Below, piece after piece: positions 1-10,414 of a stretch of 64,000 bases of DNA; within the stretch, counting starts at the first letter, position 1, and every line of letters begins with the position of its first letter. A program made the translations under genes and the position numbers. The notes below the pieces were generated by a model. It was not told the origin of the DNA, made no database searches, and saw nothing but the letters and a program-made list of their open reading frames with translations. The stretch spans positions 4,431 through 68,430 of the forward strand of contig CADBYH010000003.1 in the NCBI GenBank assembly GCA_902798815.1, given 5' to 3'. Origin of the DNA: an uncultured Erysipelotrichaceae bacterium (GTDB taxonomy: Bacteria > Bacillota_I > Bacilli_A > RF39 > UBA660).

Positions 1-9
1 GTGGTTTAG

Positions 10-564
10 TTGGATAAGATAGATAAAATTGAAGAAGAGTATAAGTCATTTGAAACAAAGAATGAATCAGAAGTAAGCAATGTAAATGACTTTTGTAGTT
101 ATGCTTTTACTGGTATTTGTGAAACAAAAGATATTATTAAAGATTATAATAGAGAATTAAGAGAAAACAAGAGATGGCAGCTTGCTGGCAAGATTAGGAA
201 TTTTTTTAATTTTATATTTCAAGAAGAAGAAGTAGAATTTTACGATTATGATAATAAGATATTAGAAGATGCTATTATACTTACAAAGCAATATGCTGAG
301 ATATATAAGAGATTAATAGTATTAGCAGATGATGATAATTATATGGAATTATTAAAATTAATTGATTTTGCTTCTATTTATTATGATTCTAATATTGAAT
401 ATTTTGAGTATTTAAGAGATTGTTTAGAGATGAATTTAAAGGGATATAGTATGTGTAATTCTAGATATAGTGATACTAGAGAAGAGTTTGGAAAGTTTGT
501 TGATAAAAAAATATCTGAATATGAAGATGTAAAAGTATATAAACTAAAGAAAGTGACAAGTTAA
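10..564 (+). CDS. hypothetical protein (acidic, 184 aa); TTG start immediately after an in-frame stop
   Basis: ORF track. No recognisable motifs. Sits upstream of dnaG. Confidence 0.35.
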   Translation: MDKIDKIEEEYKSFETKNESEVSNVNDFCSYAFTGICETKDIIKDYNRELRENKRWQLAGKIRNFFNFIFQEEEVEFYDYDNKILEDAIILTKQYAEIYKRLIVLADDDNYMELLKLIDFASIYYDSNIEYFEYLRDCLEMNLKGYSMCNSRYSDTREEFGKFVDKKISEYEDVKVYKLKKVTS

Positions 565-636
565 AGATAATAATAATTAATTTGTAGTATAAAGAAAAAA
601 TATATGATAAAATAATGTATGTTTGGTGGTGATATT

Positions 637-2370
637 ATGAATAATAATCTTGCTAACGAAATTCGCAGTAAAGTTGATATTGTAGATGTTATTGGTGAGA
701 GAATACCACTAGTTGCTAAAGGTAAGAATTTTTTTGGAGTATGTCCATTTCACGATGATTCAAATCCATCGATGTGTGTGTCAAGAGAAAAGCAAATATA
801 TACTTGCTTTTCATGTCACGCAACAGGAAATGTATATACTTTTTTAATGAATTATGAACATATAGATTTTAAAGACGCACTTAAATATTTAGGGGATAAA
901 GTTGGAGTAGATGTTGGTGTTGTTAATGTAGCAAAGAAATCATCGAAATATGATAATTATTATGATGCTTATAATTTATCATTAAAATATTATCAAAATA
1001 ATTTAAATAGTACGTTAGGTAAGAATGCTAGAGAATATTTAAAAACAAGAAAAATTGATGAGAAAATTATTAAGGAATTTGAAATAGGATTATCTCTTGA
1101 TAAGAGGGATGATTTAACTAATTTATTGTTAAATAAAAAATATGATTTAGTAAGTTTAAATAGAATTGGATTAAGTGTTGATAATCATGATACTTATATA
1201 AATCGAATTATGTTTCCTTTATATGATGCTTCTGGTAAAGTAGTTGGATTTAGTGGAAGGATTTATGATAATAGTTCTCAAAATAAATATTTAAATACAA
1301 AGGAAACACCTATTTTTAAAAAAGGTGAAATGTTATATCATTATCATATTGCTAAAGAATATGCAAGAAGTGAGAAATCAATTATAGTAATGGAAGGATT
1401 TATGGATGTTATAAGAGCTTCTTCCATAGGAATTAAAAACACTGTTGCTTTAATGGGAACAGCTCTAACTAAAGAGCAAATTGGATTAATAAAAAGATTA
1501 TCTCACAATGTTATATTATGTTTAGATGGTGATAACCCGGGACAACATGCGATGTTAAGTATTGGAGATTCATTATTAGAACAAGGATTAGATGTAAAGG
1601 CGGTTGTTTTACCTGATCCAGATGATCCTGATACTTATATTTTAAATAATGGTAAAGAAAGATTTATGGGACTTATTTCATCAGCTATTAATTTTTCTGA
1701 TTTTAAGATGGAAAAATTAAAAGAGACTGTTGATTTTAGAAGTGATGAAGAAAAGGCTGATTATATAAATAAAGTTTTAGCTGAAACAGCTAAATTAGAT
1801 GATCCTATTAGAAGAGAAGTAGTATTAAAAAGACTTGCAAAAGAGTTTGATATAGGGTATAATACACTGGAAATGCGCATTAATAGTATTCTTTCAGAGA
1901 AACCAAAGAAAAATGATAATATTACTATTAAGAAAAAGATTGTTAAAAAGGATAAGTATAGGAAGGCTTATGAGCAAATAATTTATTTTATGCTTAATAA
2001 TGATTGGGTTATTTCACAGGTCGAAAAAGAGAGATTAATATTCCCTACAGAGGAAATGAGAGCAATTTGTAGTGAAATAAATTATTATTATAAAAAGTAT
2101 GGAAATATAAATGTTGCTGATTTTTATACTTATGTTCAGGATAAAGAAAACGTTCTAAGATTATTAAATGATATTTTAGCAGGTTCTTATTCAGAGAGTA
2201 CCACAAAGGAAGAGTTGTTCTTGTATTTCAAAGTAGTTAGAGAATATTGTACTAAACAGGAAATAAAGAGACTTACAAATGTAATGAAAAAAGAAGTGGA
2301 TCCAATAGAACAGGCCAAGATAGTTGAAAAGATTAGAAAGTTAAGGTTAGGAGATAGTGAAAATGGTTGA
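637..2370 (+). CDS. dnaG: DNA primase DnaG
   Basis: CHC2 zinc-finger region ([11 protein letters not shown]...CFSCH), TOPRIM-like core ([15 protein letters not shown]), C-terminal helicase-interaction region. ATG at 637 lies behind a GGTGGTGA RBS; the track start at 619 is probably too early. Conserved dnaG-sigA order. Confidence 0.9.
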   Translation: MNNNLANEIRSKVDIVDVIGERIPLVAKGKNFFGVCPFHDDSNPSMCVSREKQIYTCFSCHATGNVYTFLMNYEHIDFKDALKYLGDKVGVDVGVVNVAKKSSKYDNYYDAYNLSLKYYQNNLNSTLGKNAREYLKTRKIDEKIIKEFEIGLSLDKRDDLTNLLLNKKYDLVSLNRIGLSVDNHDTYINRIMFPLYDASGKVVGFSGRIYDNSSQNKYLNTKETPIFKKGEMLYHYHIAKEYARSEKSIIVMEGFMDVIRASSIGIKNTVALMGTALTKEQIGLIKRLSHNVILCLDGDNPGQHAMLSIGDSLLEQGLDVKAVVLPDPDDPDTYILNNGKERFMGLISSAINFSDFKMEKLKETVDFRSDEEKADYINKVLAETAKLDDPIRREVVLKRLAKEFDIGYNTLEMRINSILSEKPKKNDNITIKKKIVKKDKYRKAYEQIIYFMLNNDWVISQVEKERLIFPTEEMRAICSEINYYYKKYGNINVADFYTYVQDKENVLRLLNDILAGSYSESTTKEELFLYFKVVREYCTKQEIKRLTNVMKKEVDPIEQAKIVEKIRKLRLGDSENG

Positions 2371-3454
2371 AGTAATTAAAACTCTTGATGAGAGAAAAGC
2401 TAAGTTAATAGCTTTAGGTAAAAAGCAAGGATACATTACTTATGAACAATTAGCGGATAACTTAAAAGGACTTGATGTTGATAGTGATAGTTTGGATGAG
2501 TTATACAATGCCTTAGTAGAAGAAAATATTGAGATAGTTTCAGAAGATGGTAGTGATGATGCTTCAGGTGAAGAAATTACTCAAGATATGTCAGTGGAAA
2601 ATTTAACTTTATCTAAAGATGTAAAGATAAATGATCCTGTTAGAATGTATTTAAAAGAAATTGGACGTATAAATTTGCTTACTTCTGATGAAGAATTTGA
2701 GTATGCTAAAAGAGCGGAAGAAGGCGATGAGGAAGCTAAAAGATTACTTGCTGAATCAAATTTACGTTTAGTTGTTAGTATTGCAAAAAGATATGTTGGA
2801 CGTGGAATGTTATTTTTGGATTTAATTCAAGAAGGAAATATTGGATTGATGAAAGCTGTTGACAAATTTGATCCAACAAAAGGATATAAGTTTTCAACAT
2901 ATGCAACATGGTGGATAAGACAGGCAATTACAAGAGCAATTGCTGATCAAGCAAGAACTATTCGTGTACCTGTTCATATGGTTGAAACAATTAATAAGTT
3001 AGCAAGGGTTCAAAGACAATTAACTCAAGAATTGAATCGTGAACCAACAGATGAAGAAATTGCTAAAAAACTTGGTATAACTGTTGAAAAAGTTAGAGAA
3101 GTTTATAAGATATCACAAGATCCAGTTTCATTAGAAACACCAATAGGTGAAGAAGAAGATTCTCATTTAGGTGATTTTGTACCAGATGAAAGAACAATGG
3201 GTCCTGAAGAGTATGCAACAGTTGAAATGTTAAAAGAAGAATTAAGTGGTGTACTTGCTACATTAACTGAAAGAGAAGAAAAAGTATTAAGATTACGTTT
3301 TGGTTTAGATGATGGTCAATGTAGAACACTAGAAGAAGTTGGACAAATATTTGGTGTTACACGTGAAAGAATTAGACAAATTGAAGCTAAAGCATTACGT
3401 AAATTAAGACATCCATCTCGTTCTCGTAAGTTAAAGGATTTTTTAACAGATTAA
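2363..3454 (+). CDS. sigA: RNA polymerase primary sigma factor SigA/RpoD
   Basis: Acidic region 1.1, region 2 ([24 protein letters not shown]) and region 4 HTH ([29 protein letters not shown]). ATG at 2363 is 8 nt after GGAGA; the track GTG at 2357 is less likely. Confidence 0.92.
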   Translation: MVEVIKTLDERKAKLIALGKKQGYITYEQLADNLKGLDVDSDSLDELYNALVEENIEIVSEDGSDDASGEEITQDMSVENLTLSKDVKINDPVRMYLKEIGRINLLTSDEEFEYAKRAEEGDEEAKRLLAESNLRLVVSIAKRYVGRGMLFLDLIQEGNIGLMKAVDKFDPTKGYKFSTYATWWIRQAITRAIADQARTIRVPVHMVETINKLARVQRQLTQELNREPTDEEIAKKLGITVEKVREVYKISQDPVSLETPIGEEEDSHLGDFVPDERTMGPEEYATVEMLKEELSGVLATLTEREEKVLRLRFGLDDGQCRTLEEVGQIFGVTRERIRQIEAKALRKLRHPSRSRKLKDFLTD

Positions 3455-4122
3455 TGAAAATCAACGCAAGACTTAAGAAGATAGGAGATTTAGCCCCAGC
3501 TAACTCCTTTTGTTTAGATATAGGATGCGATCATGCATTACTTGATATTTATTTAGTACATAAAAATAAGAATATTAAAGCAGTAGCATCAGATATAGCA
3601 GAAGGACCTTTAGAACAAGCAAAAGAAAATATAAAAAGAGAACGTTTAGAAAAAGAAATAGAAGTTAGATTAGGTGATGGATTATCTACGTATTCAAAAG
3701 AAATAGATACTATTATTATTTCTGGTATGGGTGGAAGGAATATAATAGGTATTTGTAAAAAAGATTTAAAGATTCTTAAAAATATAGATACACTTATAAT
3801 TAGTCCAAATAATTATCAAGAAGATGTAAAAAGATATTTATGTAAAAATGGTTTTTATATTGAAAATGAAGAATTTGTTAAAGATAAAAAGTTTATTTAT
3901 CAAATAATTATTTTCAAAAAAGGAAAACGCAAATATACAAATATTGAGTATTTCTTTGGACCGGTATTTTTAGTAAAAAAAGGTGTATTATTTAGAGAAT
4001 ATTATGAAAGAGAAATGAAATCTAGAGAAATATTACTTACTATACTTCCTGGAAAATATAAATTAAAGAAAAAAAGAATTAAAAAAGAGATTGAAATGAT
4101 TAAAAATGAAATAGAAGACTAG
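3454..4122 (+). CDS. trmK: tRNA (adenine22-N1)-methyltransferase TrmK-like SAM methyltransferase
   Basis: N-terminal DIGCDHA motif typical of TrmK/YqfN. Start overlaps the sigA stop (TAATG), matching the conserved dnaG-sigA-trmK synteny of Firmicutes. Confidence 0.6.
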   Translation: MKINARLKKIGDLAPANSFCLDIGCDHALLDIYLVHKNKNIKAVASDIAEGPLEQAKENIKRERLEKEIEVRLGDGLSTYSKEIDTIIISGMGGRNIIGICKKDLKILKNIDTLIISPNNYQEDVKRYLCKNGFYIENEEFVKDKKFIYQIIIFKKGKRKYTNIEYFFGPVFLVKKGVLFREYYEREMKSREILLTILPGKYKLKKKRIKKEIEMIKNEIED

Positions 4123-4196
4123 TATTTAGTCTTTTTTTGTTTTATAATTGTACTAGTAATATTTTCATTTAGTTTTTGTGAAAATAGAGGTGTAAA

Positions 4197-5543
4197 ATGA
4201 AAAAAGTAGTTATGATTATTATAAGTTTGTTTATTGCTATTACTTATAATTTGAATGTATATGCAAAGGATACTTTTTATTCTTTAAATAAGTATAAAGA
4301 AGAAAAATTAAATTTTATATTAGAAGGTTATAATGATAAACAATCATCTAATGGTAAAGTTGTTGCTGGAACTTATTTGAAGGATACACTTGAAATTGAT
4401 GATAGAGAATATAATGATATACAAGTATTATTAATGAAATATAATAATGATGGTAAGATAGTTTGGTCTTATGATTATGGAAAAGATGTAGAGGATAATT
4501 TGTATTATTTGTCATACTCATATGGAGATGATAATAATATAGATGGATATATTCTTGCTGTTAAGGAAACTTCTGAAATAATAGAAAATAAAGGTACTAA
4601 TCCTATTTTTATTAAGCTAGATTTAAAAGGAAAAGAAGTTTATCAAAAGAATACTAATTTATCATTAAATTCTGATATTAAAAAGATAATACCTACTTAT
4701 GATAGTAATAATAATGTAGATGGTTATATTGTAGTTGGTAGTAATGATAATAAAGGATTTATTGCTAAATATAATAAAGAATTAGATCAAGTGTGGATAA
4801 AAGATAATAATGAATCTACTAGTATAGAAGATGCAGTTGTATTAAGAAATGAAAATGTTATTAGTAGCTATGTCTTGATATCTTGTTATGATAATGGACA
4901 AGATAAAAGTTATAAATTATATAAATATGATTTAAATGGAAATGTAGTTGAAGTTATTAAGGATGATTTTGAGAATAAAGATAATCCTAAATTATTGGAA
5001 TCTAATAATTCGTTTTTAGTATATGGATTTACTCATGAAGTTAAATTTAAAAGTGATAAATCTACTGCATATTATATTATAAAATTTAATAGTAATAGTA
5101 ATGAAGAAGAATGGGAAACTGTAGGTAATACTCCTACTAATGATAATAAAACTTTAGAAATTAGACCTGTAATTAAACAAGATAAAATAGTAGAGTATTT
5201 AATAATGGCTTCTAATGATAATGATTCAAGTATTGAAATTACAAGATTAAATTTGGATGGTGTATTAGAAAATAAAATAAAAAAGATAAATAATGAATAC
5301 TATGATATTGAATCTTTCTATTTTTCCAAAAATATTATTTATTTTATAGGTCAAATTAGTTGCCCTGAAGATGATAATTGTGATTATAATATGAAATCTT
5401 TGTATTTAATAAGTACGGAAGATAAAGTAATTGAAGTAAAAGAAGATGATAATAATATGATTTTAATTGTTTCTGGTATTATCTTTGGTTTTTTAGTTAC
5501 TTTATATATTATTAAAAAATATGTTAGTAACAAACAAAAATAA
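4197..5543 (+). CDS. secreted, C-terminally membrane-anchored repeat protein (signal peptide plus C-terminal TM)
   Basis: N-terminal signal (MKKVVMIIISLFIAITYNLNVYAKD). Repeated N-N-(I/V)-DGYI(L/V) segments suggest a beta-propeller-like repeat. C-terminal hydrophobic helix and basic tail. Confidence 0.45.
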   Translation: MKKVVMIIISLFIAITYNLNVYAKDTFYSLNKYKEEKLNFILEGYNDKQSSNGKVVAGTYLKDTLEIDDREYNDIQVLLMKYNNDGKIVWSYDYGKDVEDNLYYLSYSYGDDNNIDGYILAVKETSEIIENKGTNPIFIKLDLKGKEVYQKNTNLSLNSDIKKIIPTYDSNNNVDGYIVVGSNDNKGFIAKYNKELDQVWIKDNNESTSIEDAVVLRNENVISSYVLISCYDNGQDKSYKLYKYDLNGNVVEVIKDDFENKDNPKLLESNNSFLVYGFTHEVKFKSDKSTAYYIIKFNSNSNEEEWETVGNTPTNDNKTLEIRPVIKQDKIVEYLIMASNDNDSSIEITRLNLDGVLENKIKKINNEYYDIESFYFSKNIIYFIGQISCPEDDNCDYNMKSLYLISTEDKVIEVKEDDNNMILIVSGIIFGFLVTLYIIKKYVSNKQK

Positions 5544-5570
5544 AGACTTTTATTAAGTCTTTTTTCTTTT
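5542..5570. terminator. bidirectional rho-independent terminator (AAAGACTT-ttatt-AAGTCTTT, A/T runs on both sides)
   Basis: Perfect 8-bp stem read directly. Sits between convergent genes 4197..5543 (+) and 5553..5894 (-). Confidence 0.6.
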
Positions 5571-5894
5571 TCTATAAATAAATGATCCTAAGAAGTTAGA
5601 TAATATTATAATAATTATATATATTAATAATTTTAATGATATGTTTGAAAATATTATATTTATTAATAAAAAGATAATTGCTATTGTGATTGAATATAAA
5701 ATGTTAGCTCTTTTTTTTGTTGATATTTTTTCTATTTTATAACCATTAATAATAAAGGTAATCATAATTAATAATATTCTTAGTATATTAAATATATTTT
5801 CTTTAATGATATCATAGTAAAAAAGAATTGATAAAACAGTTATTCCTATTAATAGAGATATTATTGTTAGTGATATGGTTTTAAGATAATTCAT
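5553..5894 (-). CDS. small polytopic membrane protein (113 aa)
   Basis: Highly hydrophobic ORF with K/R tail. Only notable minus-strand gene in the first 28 kb. Confidence 0.35.
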   Translation of the reverse strand: MNYLKTISLTIISLLIGITVLSILFYYDIIKENIFNILRILLIMITFIINGYKIEKISTKKRANILYSITIAIIFLLINIIFSNISLKLLIYIIIIILSNFLGSFIYRKRKKT

Positions 5895-5914
5895 GTTTCA
5901 CCTCATTAATTTAT

Positions 5915-6607
5915 ATGAGATGTATATTTAAAAAATACATGTTTAAAATAATAAGGGTGAATAATTTGAAATACTTTGTAATATCTTTTAGAAGTGTTTT
6001 TTTCTATATAATTGTTGTGTGTGTTTATAAAATAATGGGTAAAAGAGAAATAGGTGAATTGTCAGTAATAGATTTAATAGTATCCTTGTTTATTGCAGAA
6101 TTAGTGGCAATTTCAATCGAAAATTATAAAGAAAGTTTATTTATATCATTAATTCCCATTATTATATTGGTTTTTCTACAATGTATAACGTCAAGAATAT
6201 CTTTAAAAAATAAAAAAGTAAGAGATGTTATAGATGGAAAACCTTCAGTTATTATTAATAGGGGGAAAATTAATTTTAAAGAAATGTTAAAACAAAGATA
6301 TAATATAGATGATTTATTAAGTCAGTTAAGAAGTCAATCAATTAAATCAATAGAAGAAGTCGATTATGCAATATTAGAGATTAATGGTAAATTATCTGTT
6401 TTTAAAAAGAGTGAAAGTGATAATAAATATCCATTACCAGTAATTATAAATGGTATCATAGATAATGATACTTTGATACAAATAAATAAATCAAAAGAAT
6501 GGATAAAAAAGGAGTTATTAAGAAAAAGAGTTTCATTAGAAGAAATATTTTATTGTTTTTATCAAGATAATAGTTTATATATTATAGAAAAAAATAAGAT
6601 TAAGTGA
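5915..6607 (+). CDS. DUF421 (YetF/YdfS-like) membrane protein
   Basis: N-terminal TM helices followed by MGKREIGELSVIDLIVSLFIAEL, a family hallmark, and a C-terminal YetF-type soluble domain. The true start is probably downstream of 5915 (GTG/TTG near 5958). Confidence 0.55.
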   Translation: MRCIFKKYMFKIIRVNNLKYFVISFRSVFFYIIVVCVYKIMGKREIGELSVIDLIVSLFIAELVAISIENYKESLFISLIPIIILVFLQCITSRISLKNKKVRDVIDGKPSVIINRGKINFKEMLKQRYNIDDLLSQLRSQSIKSIEEVDYAILEINGKLSVFKKSESDNKYPLPVIINGIIDNDTLIQINKSKEWIKKELLRKRVSLEEIFYCFYQDNSLYIIEKNKIK

Positions 6608-6651
6608 CAATTTTTTTATACTATATTATTTAAAATAGTAATGGTGATAGT

Positions 6652-7797
6652 ATGAAAAGATTATTATTTATAATTATTATGTTAATTATTTTACTAAATA
6701 TAGGATCTAATAAAAAAAAGAATGTTGATAAAGAATTTAGAGGTATATATATAAGTTATATTGAGATTAATAAGTATTTAAAGGATACTAATATAAATGA
6801 TAGTAAAAATAATATTAATAACATGATTAATAATGTTAAAAGTCTTAATTGTAATGTGATAGTGTTACAAGTTAGACCTTCTTGTGATGCAATATATTAT
6901 TCTAAGATATTTCCTATTAGTAAGTATTTGTCTAGTAATGGAAGTTATCCATATGATGCTTTAAAATATTTTATAAAGGTATCTCATAATAATGGCATAA
7001 AAGTATATGCATGGATTAATCCATATAGAGTTAGTACTACTTCAGATATTGATAGTATTAGTGAGTTTAATCCAGCGTATAGATTTATTAATACAGATAC
7101 TTTATATATTAATAATGGGATATACTTTAATCCTTCTAAAAGAGATGTAGAAGATATTATAGTAGATGGAGTTTCAGAAGTATTAAAATATGATATTGAT
7201 GGAGTATTATTTGATGATTATTTTTATCCTAGTAATGATATTGATTTAAATGATTATAATGAATATATAAAAAATAATAATTATATTTCTTTAGGAGAGT
7301 ATCACTTAAATATTGTTAATAGAATGATTAAAAGAGTCCATTCTATTTGCAAAGAAAAAAATGTATCTTTTGGAGTTTCTCCAGATGGTAATATAGAAAA
7401 TAATTATAATAAAAATTATGTTGATGTTAAAAGATGGTTATCAAGTGATAAGTATGTTGATTTTATTATGCCTCAGTTATATTATGGATTTAATAATAGT
7501 AGTAAACCTTATATTGATACTATTAATGAATGGAAAAGCCTTATTAAAAATAAAGATATTGATTTTTATATTGCGCTTGCTTTTTATAAGGTTGGTGAAA
7601 TAGATAATTACGCAAAAGAGGGAAAATATGAATGGATTGAGAATAATAATATTATAATGAAAGAAATAGTATATTCTAGAAATATAGATTATTATAAAGG
7701 TTTTTGTTTATATAGATATGACAATATATTTGATCAGAGTATATTTAAAGAAACTAGTAAAGAAGAGATTAAAAATGTAAAAGATGTTTTAAATTAG
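6652..7797 (+). CDS. glycoside-hydrolase-like GHL10 family lipoprotein (YddW/YngK-like, DUF187)
   Basis: Signal peptide. FRGIYISY...CNVIVLQVRPSCDAIYYS and WINPYR motifs typical of the family. Confidence 0.5.
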   Translation: MKRLLFIIIMLIILLNIGSNKKKNVDKEFRGIYISYIEINKYLKDTNINDSKNNINNMINNVKSLNCNVIVLQVRPSCDAIYYSKIFPISKYLSSNGSYPYDALKYFIKVSHNNGIKVYAWINPYRVSTTSDIDSISEFNPAYRFINTDTLYINNGIYFNPSKRDVEDIIVDGVSEVLKYDIDGVLFDDYFYPSNDIDLNDYNEYIKNNNYISLGEYHLNIVNRMIKRVHSICKEKNVSFGVSPDGNIENNYNKNYVDVKRWLSSDKYVDFIMPQLYYGFNNSSKPYIDTINEWKSLIKNKDIDFYIALAFYKVGEIDNYAKEGKYEWIENNNIIMKEIVYSRNIDYYKGFCLYRYDNIFDQSIFKETSKEEIKNVKDVLN

Positions 7798-7844
7798 TTT
7801 TCTTTTTTTTTATATTTGATATAATTATTTTAGGTAGGTGTAGT

Positions 7845-8360
7845 ATGAAGAATAGAGGATTTACATTAACTGAGATATTAGTTACTTTAGTTATAATAGG
7901 GATAATAAGTGCTTTTACTATTCCAAATATAACTGGTATATTGAAAAATAATAGAGATGATTCTTTTTATGATGATGCTTATAGATTATATGAAGTTGCT
8001 AAAGTGAAGGAGTCTGTTGCAAAGACTATAAAACCAACTGTAGTGGGAAATTGTAGTGTTTATACATTAAATTATCTAGATTCTAATAATGGTTTTGATA
8101 AATCTCCTAATGGTGGAGTATATGATGGATATGATTCATATGTTATTGTTAAATATGATTCGCTTAGTGATAATGTTAAAAATTATAAATATTATATAAG
8201 ATTAGTAGAAAATGTTAGTGGTAAGACGTATGGAATTAATTTAGCAGAGTTGGAAAAGGTTGAAAAAAAGGATAAAATGATCTTAGGAAGTGTAACCAGA
8301 GATTTACAATTAAGTAATTATGAGGGACTTTGTAGTGAGTCATTTGTATATACAGAATGA
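7845..8360 (+). CDS. prepilin-type N-terminal cleavage/methylation domain protein (minor pilin/pseudopilin)
   Basis: N-terminus MKNRGFTLTEILVTLVIIGIISA is the class-III signal: G|FTLxE with a hydrophobic helix. Confidence 0.7.
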   Translation: MKNRGFTLTEILVTLVIIGIISAFTIPNITGILKNNRDDSFYDDAYRLYEVAKVKESVAKTIKPTVVGNCSVYTLNYLDSNNGFDKSPNGGVYDGYDSYVIVKYDSLSDNVKNYKYYIRLVENVSGKTYGINLAELEKVEKKDKMILGSVTRDLQLSNYEGLCSESFVYTE

Positions 8361-8396
8361 TAGTTTACACTGTAGTGTAAAAAAATAAAAAATGTA

Positions 8397-8425
8397 TTGT
8401 AATTGAAAAATTAATATGCTAGAAT
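8397..8425 (+). promoter_or_regulatory. sigma-A type promoter (TTGTAA-17-TAGAAT) for the downstream pilin gene
   Basis: Hexamers and 17-nt spacer read directly. Followed by the GGAAGGAAAG RBS region. Confidence 0.4.
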
Positions 8426-8459
8426 CAATTTATAAGATAAGGAAGGAAAGTGAAATTAA

Positions 8460-9110
8460 ATGAAAAAATTAAATAGAAAAGGATTTACATTAATAGAGTT
8501 GCTTGCTGTTATTACAATTATGGGTATTTTGATGATTGTTGCTGTTCCAGCTGTATCAAGAACAATTGAAAACACAAGAAGATCAACATTTGCAAATACT
8601 GCACAAAATTATTTGAATGCTGTTAAGACAGCAGTTTCAGCAGATGAATTTACATATACTGAAGGAACAGGAACATCAGCTGTAACTACTTCAATTTCTG
8701 CTGCTCCAGCTGGATATTACTATTATGGTTTTGATTCTAATGCGACTTCTGGTAAAGATTTAATGGAGCAAGGTGGTAAATCAGCATGGAAGAATGCTCA
8801 AGTTAAAGGGTATGTATTAGTTAGAAAAGATATAGAAGCAGCAACTGCTACTCGTAATGCGAGGGAAAAATATGAATATGCAATTGTTTTAATTGATGCA
8901 GGAAATAGAGGAATTGAAGTATTAACTCCAGAAGATTCAGTTAACAAATCTGCTGTAAGATCTGGAGGTACTAGAGCATTTCTTACTGCTCCTGCAGGAA
9001 CAGCGAATAAAGATGTATATAAAGTAGGTTCTACTACTTATACAGTTAAAACTTCAGGAACAACATCAGGAAATGTTGTTGTTGCAAAAGCACTTACTTT
9101 AGTTGGATAA
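8460..9110 (+). CDS. type IV pilin / competence pseudopilin (major-pilin-like, ComGC/PilA-like), Thr/Ser/Gly-rich
   Basis: MKKLNRKGFTLIELLAVITIMGILMIVAVPA prepilin signal. The mature part is rich in T/S/A/G, typical of surface-exposed pilins. Confidence 0.7.
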   Translation: MKKLNRKGFTLIELLAVITIMGILMIVAVPAVSRTIENTRRSTFANTAQNYLNAVKTAVSADEFTYTEGTGTSAVTTSISAAPAGYYYYGFDSNATSGKDLMEQGGKSAWKNAQVKGYVLVRKDIEAATATRNAREKYEYAIVLIDAGNRGIEVLTPEDSVNKSAVRSGGTRAFLTAPAGTANKDVYKVGSTTYTVKTSGTTSGNVVVAKALTLVG

Positions 9111-9136
9111 TCGTAAATATTGCAGTTTGATAATTA

Positions 9137-9166
9137 AAGACTTCATTTGAAGTCTTTTTCTTTTTG
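9137..9166 (+). terminator. rho-independent terminator (AAAGACTTCA-tttg-AAGTCTTT plus T-run)
   Basis: Stem-loop and U-tract read directly after the pilin gene. Confidence 0.6.
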
Positions 9167-9198
9167 ATGTTTATTGTTATAATTTAATTGGTGATATT

Positions 9199-10080
9199 AT
9201 GTTATTGATAGGTAGTCATGTTGGATTTAAGAAAGATAGTCAGTTACTTGGTAGTTTAGATGAAGCATTAAGTTATAATGAAAATACTTTTATGTTTTAT
9301 ACTGGTGCTCCTCAAAATACTTCTAGAAATGTATTGGATGATTCTTTGATAGAAAGAGCACATAATAAAATGAAAGATCTTGGTATTGATTCTTCTAAAG
9401 TAATTGTTCATGCTCCATATATAATAAATTTATGTAATGAAAATAATTTTGATTTTTCTGTTTCATTTTTAACTGAAGAAGTTAAAAGAGTTAGTGCTTT
9501 GGGAATAAAATATTTAGTATTACATCCTGGTAGTCATGTTGGGATAGGTATTGATGCAGGAATAGATAATATAGTTAAAGGTTTAAATATAGTACTTGAT
9601 AATACTAAGAATTTAGATGTAGTAATTTTACTTGAGACCATGGCGGGTAAGGGAAGTGAAGTTGGTAGTAATCTAGAAGAAATAAATAGAATTATTTCTT
9701 TAATAAAAGATAGTTCTAGAGTAGGAGTTTGTTTAGATACGTGTCATTTGAATGATTCAGGATATGATATGAGTAAGTTTGATTTATTTTTAGAAGAATT
9801 CGATAATATTATTGGTATTGAAAGAATTGGTTGTATTCATATAAATGATTCTAAGAATAGTATTAATTCTCATAAAGATAGACATGAAAATATAGGATTT
9901 GGTACTATTGGTTTTGATAATTTAATTAATATTATTTATAATTCAAAATTAGAAAATATTCCTAAAATATTAGAAACTCCTTATGTTGATAAAAAATATC
10001 CACCATATAAATATGAAATAGAAATGATAAGAAAAAAAGAATTTAATAAAGATTTAATAGAGCAAATAAAGAAACAGTAG
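9199..10080 (+). CDS. nfo: endonuclease IV (AP endonuclease, Nfo)
   Basis: Xylose-isomerase-like TIM barrel motifs (HAPYIINL, LHPGSH, CLDTCH, HINDSK). Confidence 0.85.
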   Translation: MLLIGSHVGFKKDSQLLGSLDEALSYNENTFMFYTGAPQNTSRNVLDDSLIERAHNKMKDLGIDSSKVIVHAPYIINLCNENNFDFSVSFLTEEVKRVSALGIKYLVLHPGSHVGIGIDAGIDNIVKGLNIVLDNTKNLDVVILLETMAGKGSEVGSNLEEINRIISLIKDSSRVGVCLDTCHLNDSGYDMSKFDLFLEEFDNIIGIERIGCIHINDSKNSINSHKDRHENIGFGTIGFDNLINIIYNSKLENIPKILETPYVDKKYPPYKYEIEMIRKKEFNKDLIEQIKKQ

Positions 10081-10085
10081 TTTCT

Positions 10086-10352
10086 TTATTTTTGTAAATA
10101 TTTTTGTTTATATTCAATATATAAATTTAATAGTTTTTTATAAAGATTGGGATTTATTTTGCCTTTTATTTCTTCAAATACTTTAATATTTTCATTTAAT
10201 AATTCAAGATAATTATATTTAATAAAATTATATATAATTATTAATTCATATTTAGTATATTCAATATTATTTTTTATTGCATATTTTTCTAAATCATTCA
10301 TAGTTAGTTTATTAATGTTATTTTTAATAAATTCTTTATAAATAATAATCAC
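10086..10352 (-). CDS. small hypothetical protein (88 aa)
   Basis: ORF track only. Convergent with nfo. Lys/Asn-rich. Confidence 0.25.
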   Translation of the reverse strand: MIIIYKEFIKNNINKLTMNDLEKYAIKNNIEYTKYELIIIYNFIKYNYLELLNENIKVFEEIKGKINPNLYKKLLNLYIEYKQKYLQK

Positions 10353-10414
10353 CTCTATTAATTATTATGAATTATTTTTGTAAATATGTGATAAACTATA
10401 TATGGGTGAGGACT

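Noticed and set aside
619-636. Track start codons upstream of better RBS-supported starts (dnaG 619, sigA 2357, lepA 22778, 24534, RR 34821, 39376, 55656, 56237, pilB 29857)
   Set aside because: In each case an internal ATG sits 5-9 nt downstream of a GGAGG/GGTGA-type Shine-Dalgarno and the upstream extension overlaps the preceding gene or the RBS itself, so the downstream starts were preferred.
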